NCBI GenBank assembly: GCA_050179685.1
Contig: JBFXEW010000016.1
Span: forward strand, 45,620-109,619
Origin: Salinivirgaceae bacterium
Lineage (GTDB): Bacteria > Bacteroidota > Bacteroidia > Bacteroidales > SZUA-534
Length of the DNA: 64,000 nt
Reading direction: 5' to 3'
In this document: piece after piece, positions 1 to 10,722 of the stretch
How the letters are laid out: the number at the start of each line of letters is the position of its first letter
Position numbering within the stretch: the first letter of the stretch is position 1
Made by a program: the position numbers and the translations under genes
Notes under the pieces: generated by a model
The model's input: the letters and a program-made list of their open reading frames with translations, nothing else
Database searches by the model: none
What the model was told of the DNA's origin: nothing

Positions 1-568
1 ACGCATAATAAAAACCATGTCAACAGGTTTGTCGGGAGGTAGTTCCTTTATGGAAGATTATACCTACCATCTCGATCCGGCTAACGAAGGGGTTTTGGGT
101 TCGCACATGTTGGAAATTTGTCCGTCGATAGCTGCAGCTAAACCCCGATTAGAAGTTCATCCCCTGGGCATTGGAGGAAAAGATGCTCCCGCAAGACTTG
201 TATTTGAAAGTGCTACCGGAGCGGCTATGAATGTAACTTTAATCGACATGGGCAATCGCTTCCGCTTTATTGTAAATACGCTGGATGTAATTCAACCTTT
301 AGGAAAATTACCCTTATTGCCGGTTGCTTCGGCGTTTTGGAAAACACATCCCAACCTGGCCGATGGAGCCGCAGCCTGGATTTATGCCGGGGGAACACAC
401 CATTCCGCTTTTACTTTAGCACTTACCCCCGATTTTATCGAAACATTTGCCGAAATGGCCGATGTGGAGTTTGTTTTAATTGATAAGAAAACCAATGTAA
501 CAGATTTGAAGAAAGAATTGCGTTGGAATGAGATTTATTACATGTTGGCCAATGGGCTAAAAGCATAA
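1..568 (+). CDS. araA: L-arabinose isomerase, C-terminal part (starts upstream of window)
   Basis: Motifs [29 protein letters not shown]; frame is open back to the window edge (cgc ata ata aaa acc atg); upstream of araD/araB. Confidence 0.95.
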   Translation, partial: RIIKTMSTGLSGGSSFMEDYTYHLDPANEGVLGSHMLEICPSIAAAKPRLEVHPLGIGGKDAPARLVFESATGAAMNVTLIDMGNRFRFIVNTLDVIQPLGKLPLLPVASAFWKTHPNLADGAAAWIYAGGTHHSAFTLALTPDFIETFAEMADVEFVLIDKKTNVTDLKKELRWNEIYYMLANGLKA

Positions 569-599
569 TTACAGAAACGACTTTCAAAAACAAGGTGTC

Positions 600-1283
600 A
601 TGTTGGAAGAATTAAAAGAACAGGTATTTCGTGCAAATCTCGATTTGGTAAAGCATGGTTTGGTAGTTTTTACCTGGGGAAATGCCAGCGCTATCGATCG
701 GAAACAATCATTGGTGGTAATTAAACCCAGCGGCGTTGATTATCAAAACATGAAAGCCGACGATATGGTAGTGGTGGATATGGACGGTAAAGTAGTCGAG
801 GGTAAATTAAAGCCTTCGTCCGATATGCCGACGCATCTTTATCTTTACCAGCATTTTGAAAACATCGGGGGAGTTGTTCATACTCATTCAACTTATGCAA
901 CCGCATGGGCACAAGCTGGTAAGGGCATTCCTGTAATTGGTACCACTCATGCCGATTATTTTTTCGGAGAAATTCCGTGTACCCGTCAAATGACAGAACA
1001 GGAAGTGTTTAGTGCCTATGAAAAAGAAACCGGAAAAGTAATTGTGGAGCGTTTTAAACAATTGAATCCCAATGAAACACCCGGAGTATTGGTGCAGAAT
1101 CATGGTCCGTTTTCGTGGGGAAAAAATGTAAATGAAGCTGTTCATAATGCAGTGGTAATGGAAGAAGTGGCAAAAATGGCTTCTATTTCGTTTACCGTAA
1201 ATCCTCATTTAACCATGAACCCCCACCTGGTAAAAAAGCATTACCAGCGTAAACACGGACCCAATGCTTATTATGGACAATAG
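600..1283 (+). CDS. araD: L-ribulose-5-phosphate 4-epimerase
   Basis: [43 protein letters not shown]-terminus. Confidence 0.97.
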   Translation: MLEELKEQVFRANLDLVKHGLVVFTWGNASAIDRKQSLVVIKPSGVDYQNMKADDMVVVDMDGKVVEGKLKPSSDMPTHLYLYQHFENIGGVVHTHSTYATAWAQAGKGIPVIGTTHADYFFGEIPCTRQMTEQEVFSAYEKETGKVIVERFKQLNPNETPGVLVQNHGPFSWGKNVNEAVHNAVVMEEVAKMASISFTVNPHLTMNPHLVKKHYQRKHGPNAYYGQ

Positions 1284-1304
1284 TTTATGAATTAAGGAAT
1301 AGCA

Positions 1305-2927
1305 ATGATGAAAAAATATGTAATTGGAATCGATTTTGGTAGCGACTCGTGTCGTGCACTGGTGGTTGATGCATCAAATGGAAAAGAAATAGCCACGTCG
1401 GTTAAATATTATCCTCGCTGGATGGAAGGAAAATATTGCAATCCGGCTAAAAATCAGTACCGTCAGCATCCGCTCGATTACCTCGAGGTGATGGAATCGT
1501 CGATTAAAGATGCCCTGGTACAGTGTGATGCAACCGTTAAAGCAAACATTGCGGGAATTTCGTTCGACACTACCGGCAGCACTCCGGCTTTAACCGATGA
1601 ACAGGGAACACCACTGGCATTATTACCCGAGTTTGCTGAAAACCCTAATGCCATGTTTATTCTTTGGAAAGATCATACCGCAGTAAAAGAAGCCGACGAA
1701 ATAAACGATCTGGCCCGCAAATGGGGTGTCGATTATACCAAATACGAAGGTGGAATCTACTCTTCGGAATGGGTTTGGGCTAAGGTATTGCATGTGCTTC
1801 GCAACGATAAATCGTTACATAAAAAAGCAGTCTCGTGGGTTGAATACTGCGATTGGTTACCGGCAGTTTTAACCGGAAAAACCGGCTTGCAATCGATAAA
1901 ACGCAGTCGCTGTGCTGCCGGGCATAAAGCGCTTTGGCATCCCGACTGGAATGGCTTGCCTCCCGAAGAATTTTTATCCCAATTGGGGCCCGAATTAACC
2001 GGAATGCGTGCTAACCTGTTTACTGAAACCTATACCAGCGATCAGCTTATGGGAACGCTTACACCCGAATGTGCCGATAAATTAGGTTTATCTACCCGGG
2101 TAGCAGTTGGTGTTAGCGCATTCGATTGTCATATGGGTGCAGTGGGCGCACAAATTGAACCCAATATGCTGGTTCGGGTAATGGGTACTTCAACCTGCGA
2201 TATTATTGTTTCGCCTTACGAGGATATGGAAGGTAAGTTAATTCCGGGAATTTGCGGCCAGGTTGATGGTTCGGTGATTCCGGGCATGGTTGGTTTGGAA
2301 GCCGGACAATCCGCTTTTGGTGATGTGTATGCCTGGTTTAAAAACCTATTAAGCTGGCCTTTGCAGTTTTTAGATGACGAAAACCAAAGAAAAACCATTG
2401 AAGATAAAATTATTCCGGCACTTTCGGCTGAGGCTATGCAGGTTCCGGTTGAAGAATCGACACTGATTGCTACCGATTGGTTGAATGGCCGGCGTACGCC
2501 TGATGCTGATCAGAATGTTACCGGAACCATCTCGGGACTTAATTTGGGTTCTACGGCACCTTTAATTTTTAGGGCTCTGGTTGAGGCTACAGCTTATGGT
2601 TCAAAAGCCATTGCCGACCGCTTTATTGAAAACGGAATCGAAATTAAATCGGTTGTAGGCATAGGAGGAGTGGCAAAAAAATCGCCCTTTGTTATGCAAA
2701 CCATGGCCGATGTAATGAATATGCCTATAAAAGTAGCCCGGGCCGAACAAACGGTGGCACTTGGTGCAGCAATGTTTGCTGCCGTTGCCGCAGGACTGTA
2801 TGCTACAATTGAAGATGCGCAAAAAGCCATGGGACAAGGTTTTGAAAAAGAATACCAACCCATTCCGGAAAATGTAAAAGCCTATGAGCTTTTGTATAAG
2901 AAATACCTGAAACTGGGAAACCCATAA
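1305..2927 (+). CDS. araB: Ribulokinase (FGGY family)
   Basis: GIDFGSDS, DTTGST, LWKDHTA, YSSEW, GTSTC, EAGQSAFGD, DWLNGRRTP. Confidence 0.93.
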   Translation: MMKKYVIGIDFGSDSCRALVVDASNGKEIATSVKYYPRWMEGKYCNPAKNQYRQHPLDYLEVMESSIKDALVQCDATVKANIAGISFDTTGSTPALTDEQGTPLALLPEFAENPNAMFILWKDHTAVKEADEINDLARKWGVDYTKYEGGIYSSEWVWAKVLHVLRNDKSLHKKAVSWVEYCDWLPAVLTGKTGLQSIKRSRCAAGHKALWHPDWNGLPPEEFLSQLGPELTGMRANLFTETYTSDQLMGTLTPECADKLGLSTRVAVGVSAFDCHMGAVGAQIEPNMLVRVMGTSTCDIIVSPYEDMEGKLIPGICGQVDGSVIPGMVGLEAGQSAFGDVYAWFKNLLSWPLQFLDDENQRKTIEDKIIPALSAEAMQVPVEESTLIATDWLNGRRTPDADQNVTGTISGLNLGSTAPLIFRALVEATAYGSKAIADRFIENGIEIKSVVGIGGVAKKSPFVMQTMADVMNMPIKVARAEQTVALGAAMFAAVAAGLYATIEDAQKAMGQGFEKEYQPIPENVKAYELLYKKYLKLGNP

Positions 2928-3031
2928 AGGTTTAGTCGATGGAAGCATGTTTTAATAGCATGCTGCTTTACTATTTTAAGTTATTGAATGTAATCAAGTC
3001 CTTATTATTGAAAACATAAAACTAAAAAGCG

Positions 3032-4561
3032 ATGAAGAAATTTACATGGAGTTTGTTTGCCCTGGTTCTTTTAATGGTTCCGGCAATAGCTCAAAACACT
3101 TTGACACTGCATGTTGATCAGGCCGAGACCAAAATCAATAAAGAAGTTTACGGACATTTTGCCGAACATTTGGGACGCTGTATTTACGGAGGCATATTTG
3201 TAGGCGAAGATTCCCCGATTCCCAACACCAGAGGATTCAGAAACGATGTGATTGGTGCCTTAAAAGAGATGCAAATTCCTTTGCTACGCTGGCCTGGTGG
3301 TTGCTTTGCCGATACTTATCATTGGAAAGATGGCGTTGGTCCGCGTGAAAACCGTCCATCGATTGTAAACACTCACTGGGGAGGCGTTACTGAAGATAAC
3401 AGTTTTGGAACGCATGAATTTCTTGAGTTTTGTGAATTAATTGATGCCATGCCATACATTAACATCAATGTAGGTTCAGGAACTGTTCAGGAAGCTGCCG
3501 AATGGGTTGAATACGTAACCAGCAGCAATGAAAGCCCGATGACCGACTGGAGAAAGCAAAATGGCCGCGAAGATCCATGGGAAGTTAAATATTGGGGCAT
3601 CGGTAACGAAAACTGGGGCTGCGGGGGACACATGACACCTGAATATTACGCCGATTTGTATAACCGTTTTGCCACATATTGCGGGGGTGCCAAATACAAA
3701 ATTGTTGGAGGCCCCAATGTTGCCGATTATAACTGGATGAAAGTAGTGATGGAAAAAACCATGCGTTATCCCTGGTTGGTTCAGGGTGTTTCGTTACATA
3801 ATTATTCGTTTGCCCATAGCTGGGAGCGTAAAGGCGATGCAACAGGTTTTGATGAGTCGGAGTGGTTCTCGAATATGCGCGATGTGCAACGGATGGAGGA
3901 ACTTATTAAACGCCATACGGCTATTATGGATCAATACGATCCACATAATCGGGTAGGACTAATTGTTGACGAATGGGGAAACTGGTTTAATGTGGAAAAA
4001 GGAACCAATCCCGGGTTTTTGTATCAGCAAAACACCTTGCGCGATGCGGTTTCAGGAAGTATAACCATGAACACCTTTAATAACAATGCCCATCGGGTAA
4101 AGATGGCCAATATTGCTCAAATGGTAAATGTATTGCAGGCAGTAATTCTAACTAAAGACGAGCAAATGGTTAAAACGCCTACCTATTACCTGTTTAAAAT
4201 GTACAGTGTGCATCAGGAGGCAACTTTGATTCCGTCGAATTTAAAAACCGAAAGCTATGAATTTGATGGGAAAAAGATTCCGGCGCTTAGTTCTTCGGCT
4301 TCAATAAAAGATGGTGTGGTAAATATTTCGTTAAGTAATGCAAATCCGAATAATGATTTAAAAGTGGAACTTGAAATTACCGGTCAGAATTTAAAATCGG
4401 CCAGCGGACAAATTATTTCGGCTCAAAATATCAACGATTATAACGATTTTGGTCAGCCTGAAAAGGTTACCTTAAAAGGATTTAAAGTTTCTGCACCCAA
4501 GAATGGTAAGTTAAGTGTTACCATACCGGCTCATTCGGTAGTACTGGTGCAGTTAAAATAG
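3032..4561 (+). CDS. Alpha-L-arabinofuranosidase, GH51, with signal peptide
   Basis: GHFAEHLGRCIYGG, RWPGGCFAD, GNENWGCGG, VDEWG, MANIAQMVNVLQ. Confidence 0.93.
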   Translation: MKKFTWSLFALVLLMVPAIAQNTLTLHVDQAETKINKEVYGHFAEHLGRCIYGGIFVGEDSPIPNTRGFRNDVIGALKEMQIPLLRWPGGCFADTYHWKDGVGPRENRPSIVNTHWGGVTEDNSFGTHEFLEFCELIDAMPYININVGSGTVQEAAEWVEYVTSSNESPMTDWRKQNGREDPWEVKYWGIGNENWGCGGHMTPEYYADLYNRFATYCGGAKYKIVGGPNVADYNWMKVVMEKTMRYPWLVQGVSLHNYSFAHSWERKGDATGFDESEWFSNMRDVQRMEELIKRHTAIMDQYDPHNRVGLIVDEWGNWFNVEKGTNPGFLYQQNTLRDAVSGSITMNTFNNNAHRVKMANIAQMVNVLQAVILTKDEQMVKTPTYYLFKMYSVHQEATLIPSNLKTESYEFDGKKIPALSSSASIKDGVVNISLSNANPNNDLKVELEITGQNLKSASGQIISAQNINDYNDFGQPEKVTLKGFKVSAPKNGKLSVTIPAHSVVLVQLK

Positions 4562-4574
4562 GTTTAGGTTAGTT

Positions 4575-4604
4575 TCCCTGCCACCCTGGGTGGTGGGGAT
4601 TTTT
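4575..4604 (+). terminator. Probable intrinsic terminator
   Basis: tccctgccaccc-t-gggtggtgggga stem followed by a T run, just after the GH51 stop. Confidence 0.6.
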
Positions 4605-4709
4605 AATTTTTATCATAAAACAAATACTTGGAATGAAACAGACCATAGCTTAGATTATAATTGAGTAATACAACAATTAAATCGGAGCATGTTCACAAAT
4701 AGTAAACAA

Positions 4710-5864
4710 ATGAAAAAAAGATTTATAAAATGGCTTGTTTTGCCTGCTTTGCTTTTTATCGTTTTTAGTTGCAGCAACTCAAATAAAACGGTTTTTACTG
4801 ATACGGTTGCAGCTATCGACGATGCTGCTTTTAATCAAACCATCGATGACCAGCCGGTAGCACTTTATACCCTGACTAATAATAGTGGAATGGGTATGAA
4901 GGTAACCAATTTCGGTGGGCGTGTAGTAGCACTTTGTGTTCCCGATTCCCATGGAAATCCAGTTGATGTGGTGCTGGGTTATAATACCCTGGATGAATAC
5001 GTGAATCAGCCTGAGAATTTTTTGGGAGCTGCCATTGGTCGTTATGGAAACCGGATTGGTGGTGCTCAATTCAGCATTGATGAAACGGTGTATGAGCTAA
5101 GTAAAAACGAAGGAAACAATCAGTTGCACGGTGGTGCAAAAGGTTTTTTCGATGTGGTTTGGAAAGCAAATCAGTTAAGTCAGTCGGCCATTGAATTTAC
5201 CTATCTTTCTATTGACGGAGAAGAAGGATATCCCGGAAACCTTTCGGTAAAAATGATGTACGAACTGACTCCCGAGAATGGTTTTAAAATTACCTATGAA
5301 GCAAGTACCGATAAAACAACAGTCTGCAATTTGACCCATCATTCCTATTTTAACTTGTCGGGTGAGGGCAGCGAAACTATAAATGATCATTTACTTAGCA
5401 TCCGTGCCGATGGCTTTACTCCGGTGGATAGTGTTTTAATTCCAAACGGACAAATAACTCCGGTAAACGGAACGGCTTTCGATTTTAATCAGGCCATTGC
5501 TATTGGAACCCGCGTGAATGAAGACGATGAGCAACTGGGTTATGGAGCAGGCTACGATCATAACTGGGTATTGAATAAAGAAAGTAAAGGTGTAGAACTG
5601 GTAGCTTCGCTTTATTCACCAATTAGCAAAATAAAAATGGATGTGCTTACCGACCAACCGGGTTTGCAATTTTATGGCGGTAATTTTATCGATGGTACTT
5701 TAACCGGGAAAAGTGGAAAGACTTATAAGCACCGCAGTGCTGTTTGTCTTGAAACGCAACATTTTCCCGATTCTCCAAATAAAGCAAATTTTCCATCTAC
5801 CTTATTAAAACCAGATCAGACTTATTCACATACTTGTGAATACCGGTTTTCTGTTGAAAAATAA
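4710..5864 (+). CDS. galM: Aldose 1-epimerase (mutarotase), lipoprotein; ATG at 4710 preferred over 4689
   Basis: GRYGNRI, LHGG, EGYPG, NLTHHSYFNL, GYDHNW, CLETQHFPDSPN; lipobox-like VFSC. Confidence 0.88.
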   Translation: MKKRFIKWLVLPALLFIVFSCSNSNKTVFTDTVAAIDDAAFNQTIDDQPVALYTLTNNSGMGMKVTNFGGRVVALCVPDSHGNPVDVVLGYNTLDEYVNQPENFLGAAIGRYGNRIGGAQFSIDETVYELSKNEGNNQLHGGAKGFFDVVWKANQLSQSAIEFTYLSIDGEEGYPGNLSVKMMYELTPENGFKITYEASTDKTTVCNLTHHSYFNLSGEGSETINDHLLSIRADGFTPVDSVLIPNGQITPVNGTAFDFNQAIAIGTRVNEDDEQLGYGAGYDHNWVLNKESKGVELVASLYSPISKIKMDVLTDQPGLQFYGGNFIDGTLTGKSGKTYKHRSAVCLETQHFPDSPNKANFPSTLLKPDQTYSHTCEYRFSVEK

Positions 5865-5893
5865 TTAGTTGATTGTGAGTTTAGGTTAAGTGT

Positions 5894-5930
5894 AAAAGCC
5901 TCTGAACTTAATTGTTCAGAGGCTTTTTTT
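5894..5930. terminator. Bidirectional intrinsic terminator
   Basis: aaaagcctctgaac...gttcagaggcttttt between convergent genes. Confidence 0.85.
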
Positions 5931-8900
5931 TAGTTTCTTTTTTTTACCAAATCGGAGGGGGCCTTTTTATAATATTTTTTGAATATGCGGCTAAAGTATT
6001 TGGGGTCGTTAAACCCGGTAGTATAAGCTACCTCGCTAATCTGTAATTCGCCCAGTTGCAATAATTCATGAGCTTTTTTCAGGCGATAGGTATTAATAAA
6101 TTCGTTGGCCGAAAGATTGGTGATGGCTTTAAGTTTATTGTAGAGCTGGCTTCGGCTTACAAACATTTCGGAGGCAAACTGATCGACATCGAAAGTTGGA
6201 TCGGTATAAAATTTCTTAACTATTTCGTTTGCTTTGGTAAAAAAGCGGGAGTCGAGGTTCGATAAAGTCAATTCATCGGGATTTACCTCTTCGAGTTTGC
6301 CAAACTTGGCGCGTAGTTTATTTCGGTTTTCAATAAAGCCCTGAATCTTGGCTAAAAGCAAATCCATATTAAAGGGTTTTACCATATAATCGTCGGCTCC
6401 TTGTTTAATGCCTTCAATTTGCTCATCGGTGGTAATTTTTGCGGTAAGCAGAATTATGGGGATGTGACTGGTGTAAAAGTTGTTTTTTATTTTTTTGCAC
6501 AATTCCAGCCCGTCCATTTCAGGCATCATTATATCGCTGATAATAATTGAAGGCGATTCTTTTTTAGCCAGTTCATAACCGATGCTTCCGTTTTCGGCTT
6601 CAATGGTTGTAAAATAAGGAGCCAGATTTGAACAAATAAACGAACGCATGTCGGTATTATCCTCGATAACCAGAACTTTTTCGATAACATCGCCCGAAAG
6701 GTTATATTCTGAAGTTTTGGTTTCAATAATTTGTTCGCTTAACAGGGCCACTTTATCTTTCAGGCTCGATTCAAAAATTTGTCCGGTAGTATCAATCTCG
6801 TGGCTTGCAAAAACATTTCGGTTAACCGGAATTTCAATTTTAAATGTGCTTCCTTTTCCGGGTTCACTTTCCACCGAAATGGTTCCGTACATAATCTCTA
6901 CCAGGCTTTTTACCATCGACAAGCCAATGCCGGTTCCGGCTCTTTTGTGCTTGCGCGATTCGGTGACCTGCAAAAACCGGTCGAACAGCTTTTTAATCTG
7001 ATTGGCTTCAATTCCTTCGCCGGTGTCGCTAATACTTATGGTGAGCAAGTCGTAAAGGTTTTCTTTTTTCGATGAGGCTGTAAGTTGAATGGAGTGGCCC
7101 TGTGGGGTAAATTTAAAAGCATTCGAGAGCAAATTGTAAAGAACATTTTCTAGTTTTTCTTTATCAATCCATGCGGTTTGCGATACCTGAATTTTATGCG
7201 AATAGTTTATCTGATTTTTCTGTGCAAGTTCTTCAAATGTGTTGAAAATCTCCAAAAGAAAAGGCTTGGTTTCAGTTAATTCAACCTGAAGACTTTGGTT
7301 TCCGGTTTCAATTTTTCTGATTTCGAGCAATTGCCTGATAAGCATTAGCAGGCGTAAAGCGTTTCGGTTGATAATATTTAGCAGATGGTGGGTTTCCTTA
7401 TCGTCTTTAAATTGTTTAAGTAAACGCTCAATGGGCGATAAAATAAGTGTTAGCGGTGTTTGAAATTCGTGCGAGATATTGGTGAAAAATCTCAATTGCA
7501 GCAGGTTTATTTCGTTAACTTTTTGATTTAATACAATGAGTTCGTCGCGCTGTTTTGATATTTCGGAGTTTTTTGATTCAAGTTCTTCTTTTTGATGTTC
7601 AATCTGTATTTGACGATTCTCAAGCTGATGGTTGGTTTCAATAAGTTCGTTTGCCTGTTGTTCCAAAATTACTTTCTGGTCTTCAATTTTTTGGGTTCTG
7701 CGTTGTACTTTTTCTTCGAGTAATTTTTTCTGAAGAATAATGCGCCGCATCTGATACCGGATAAAAAGATAGGTTAACAGCGTTACAAACAAGAACAGTG
7801 AGATGGCAAACCAAACTGTTTTCCAAAAAGGAGGCGTAACAATAATACTTACCTGGGTTGGTTCTTCGGTCCAGATTCCATCGCAGTTCGATGCTCTTAG
7901 CAAAAAAGTGTAGGTTCCGCCTTCCAGGTTGTTGTAGCTGGCAAAGCGGCGTTGTGACGATACATTCACCCATTCTTTATCAATTTCGCTCATTTTGTAT
8001 TCATACCTCGATTTTTCGGGCTGGTAATAATCAAAGGCAGAAAAATCGAACGAGATATTGTTGTCTTTATAGGTAAGGAAAATGGTATCTACATCGTAAA
8101 TTGGTTTTGTTATAACTACTTTTTTGTGAAATTTTGCGCCCGGATTAACTTCCTGATTATAAATTTTTAAACGGGTTATTTTAGGGGTGGGAATGTAACT
8201 GTAATCGTAAAAGTGGTCTGGATTAAAATAATTCAATCCCTGAATGCCTCCAAAGTATAAAATTCCATCTTCCGATTTATGCGAAGCCGACCAATAAAAC
8301 TGGTTGTTGAGTAAGCCGTCTTGTTTAAAAAAATTACGTATGGTATTGTTCCGGGTATTTAATACGCTTAATCCGTAGTCGGTACTTATCCAAATTTTAT
8401 GGTGTCTATCTTCCTGAATACCATATACAACATTATTGGCAATGCCATCTTCGCTGGTGTAGGTCTTAAAAACAAGTTCGTTTTCTGCATTGAAATACGA
8501 ATGCGCCAGACCATGTCCATAAGTTCCAATCCAGATATCGCCGTTGGAATCTTCCATTAATGAAATAACATAATCACCGGGCAGCGATGATTCGTTGTTG
8601 GGCAGATGTTTGTAAAACTCCAGTTGACTGATTATTATATCATCGTCTTTGGTTTCGCGCAAAGAGCTTTGCGGAAAACGAAAAAGTCCGTTGCGGGTGC
8701 CAATCCAATAATAGCCTTTTGAGTCGAGCAATACACAGCCAATTTCAGTTAACTGGGGATTGTGGTTAAGCGGTGCATTTAATGTGGTAAATTTGTGGTT
8801 GTTGTAGCTTAACATCGACAAACCACCTTGTGTTCCAATTAATAAATAACCCAATGGATTATCAACCAGCGATGATACAAATCCATCCACCAAATCGTTT

Positions 8901-10276
8901 GTGTATTTAGGATCGGATAAGGTAATACGGTCAATCATAATTTGCTTGCCATTGGTAGTAAGCGCATTTAAACCTCCGCCCCAGGTACCTACATACAATA
9001 TTCCGTTTTTTCCTCTGACAATTGAGGTGACATAATCGCTGCTTAACGATAGCGGATTGGTAGCACTATAAGTAAAATGTGAAAATTTATGCTGAGCAAT
9101 AGTAAGCAGATTCAAACCTCCGCCTGCGGTACCTATCCAAAGATTATTATTTTCGCGCAGTACTGAGTTTATGGTGTTGTTATTCAAACTGTTTGGGTTA
9201 TTTGGATTGTGGGTGTAAAACGATAGTGGATTTTGAAAAATATTAAATTTATTGATCCCTCCTTTTTCTGTTCCAATCCATATGTTTCCGCTGGAATCGC
9301 AAAACAACGCATTTACAAATTCGTTGTTAATCGAAAAGTTTTCCGGTCCATCTTTGCTAAAATCTGAAAAAATACCCGCATCAATATCCAGGCTTTGTAA
9401 ACCACCCAGCGATGCAATTAATATTTGTCCCGAGATATCCTGGCGAACCATATTTACGGTCCCGTGTTTCAGCGCGTTTGACGTATTTGATGCCGGATAC
9501 CAGTTTAGTGTTTTATTCTCGTGGCGAAGTATAAATAGTCCGTTGTTGGTTGCAAAGTACAGGTTTTTTTGGTTGTCGTCATAAATATCGTTAATATACG
9601 ATTCAGGAGGCAAAACCCTATCGGCCTCCGGCTCAATAAATTTATTGCTGATTGAATCAAAAATAAAATATCCATCACTGGTTCCCGCAAAAATATTTCC
9701 ATCACTTGCCTGGTATAAAACATTTACCTGGTTGTTAGCCAGGTTATTCTTTGCCTGACAGTATTGGGCGTGAATTTGATACGAATCTTTTAGTCCCTTT
9801 AATAAAAATATACCCTGATTGTCAGTAGCTACCCAAACTTTGTTTTTAATTGAAACGATTGAACTTACTTTACGGATGGGTTCTCCTAGCTCACTGCTAT
9901 CAGTAAATTGAGTGATTTGTTTTTTATTGTGGTCAAAATACGATAATCCTTTTAACGAACCCACCCATACCAGGTTACGGGTGCCGGGAGTTATGGTGCG
10001 AATTAAATTGTCGGGCAAAGCGTGGTGATTCGATTCATCAGCCTGAAACAATTCAAAATGATACGAATCGTAACGACAAATACCATTGTTGGTACCAAAC
10101 CACATAAAACCATAATGGTCTTTTGTAATGCAGGTAATGGTGTTTTGTGGTAAGCCATCTTCAATCATATAATACTGAAAGCGATAATTTCGCGAACTAT
10201 TTGATTGGCCAAAAGTAAGTTGCGTATTTGGCAATGAAAATATTAGAATAATAAGGAGGAGGATAAGTTTCGACAT
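5930..10276 (-). CDS. Hybrid two-component system sensor/regulator (beta-propeller, Y_Y_Y, TM, HisKA, HATPase, REC, AraC HTH)
   Basis: Repeated IWIGT/GG propeller motifs, PPFWKT plus TM, FFTNISHEFQTPL, NLLSNAFKFT, GTGIGL, SDIMMPEMDG, GFNDPKYFSRIFKK. Confidence 0.95.
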   Translation of the reverse strand: MSKLILLLIILIFSLPNTQLTFGQSNSSRNYRFQYYMIEDGLPQNTITCITKDHYGFMWFGTNNGICRYDSYHFELFQADESNHHALPDNLIRTITPGTRNLVWVGSLKGLSYFDHNKKQITQFTDSSELGEPIRKVSSIVSIKNKVWVATDNQGIFLLKGLKDSYQIHAQYCQAKNNLANNQVNVLYQASDGNIFAGTSDGYFIFDSISNKFIEPEADRVLPPESYINDIYDDNQKNLYFATNNGLFILRHENKTLNWYPASNTSNALKHGTVNMVRQDISGQILIASLGGLQSLDIDAGIFSDFSKDGPENFSINNEFVNALFCDSSGNIWIGTEKGGINKFNIFQNPLSFYTHNPNNPNSLNNNTINSVLRENNNLWIGTAGGGLNLLTIAQHKFSHFTYSATNPLSLSSDYVTSIVRGKNGILYVGTWGGGLNALTTNGKQIMIDRITLSDPKYTNDLVDGFVSSLVDNPLGYLLIGTQGGLSMLSYNNHKFTTLNAPLNHNPQLTEIGCVLLDSKGYYWIGTRNGLFRFPQSSLRETKDDDIIISQLEFYKHLPNNESSLPGDYVISLMEDSNGDIWIGTYGHGLAHSYFNAENELVFKTYTSEDGIANNVVYGIQEDRHHKIWISTDYGLSVLNTRNNTIRNFFKQDGLLNNQFYWSASHKSEDGILYFGGIQGLNYFNPDHFYDYSYIPTPKITRLKIYNQEVNPGAKFHKKVVITKPIYDVDTIFLTYKDNNISFDFSAFDYYQPEKSRYEYKMSEIDKEWVNVSSQRRFASYNNLEGGTYTFLLRASNCDGIWTEEPTQVSIIVTPPFWKTVWFAISLFLFVTLLTYLFIRYQMRRIILQKKLLEEKVQRRTQKIEDQKVILEQQANELIETNHQLENRQIQIEHQKEELESKNSEISKQRDELIVLNQKVNEINLLQLRFFTNISHEFQTPLTLILSPIERLLKQFKDDKETHHLLNIINRNALRLLMLIRQLLEIRKIETGNQSLQVELTETKPFLLEIFNTFEELAQKNQINYSHKIQVSQTAWIDKEKLENVLYNLLSNAFKFTPQGHSIQLTASSKKENLYDLLTISISDTGEGIEANQIKKLFDRFLQVTESRKHKRAGTGIGLSMVKSLVEIMYGTISVESEPGKGSTFKIEIPVNRNVFASHEIDTTGQIFESSLKDKVALLSEQIIETKTSEYNLSGDVIEKVLVIEDNTDMRSFICSNLAPYFTTIEAENGSIGYELAKKESPSIIISDIMMPEMDGLELCKKIKNNFYTSHIPIILLTAKITTDEQIEGIKQGADDYMVKPFNMDLLLAKIQGFIENRNKLRAKFGKLEEVNPDELTLSNLDSRFFTKANEIVKKFYTDPTFDVDQFASEMFVSRSQLYNKLKAITNLSANEFINTYRLKKAHELLQLGELQISEVAYTTGFNDPKYFSRIFKKYYKKAPSDLVKKRN

Positions 10277-10566
10277 GTCGTTTTTTTTTACCTTCTAAAA
10301 ATACAAATTCTTATCAAATTATTCTAATGCAGAAAACTGGTTTTATATGGGTTTGCTGCTGGTGTTTTAAAAAGAGTTTAGTCAGGTTAGAAATGTTTTT
10401 TTAACCGGTAAACAATATCAAATCTACGGTTCCTAATTTTAGAATATAGTTTATCTGAAAGTTTTTTGAATACAGAAATCAATTAAAAAGTGTGTTTTGC
10501 TTAAAAATCTTCTATTTAGTAAGGATAACAGTAACTTAGACTAGTTCTATTTTTACACTTTTATCC

Positions 10567-10626
10567 ATTTGTCCACCTCAAATACCTATGTGTACACTTT
10601 GTTAAGAAAGGTTAAAATTAATTTTA
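10567..10626 (+). promoter_or_regulatory. Putative HTCS tandem operator and -7 promoter element for the SGBP-susC-susD operon
   Basis: gtccacc (10571) and gtacact (10592) 21 bp apart, then TAATTTTA at 10619; same layout at 21949-22008. Confidence 0.6.
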
Positions 10627-10722
10627 TACCGAATAAAAAATGGCTAATACTATTTAGAAGGGTAAAAAGGGGATGAATTAAATCTAATTTATATATAATG
10701 AAAACAACTAAACTAGGGATTT

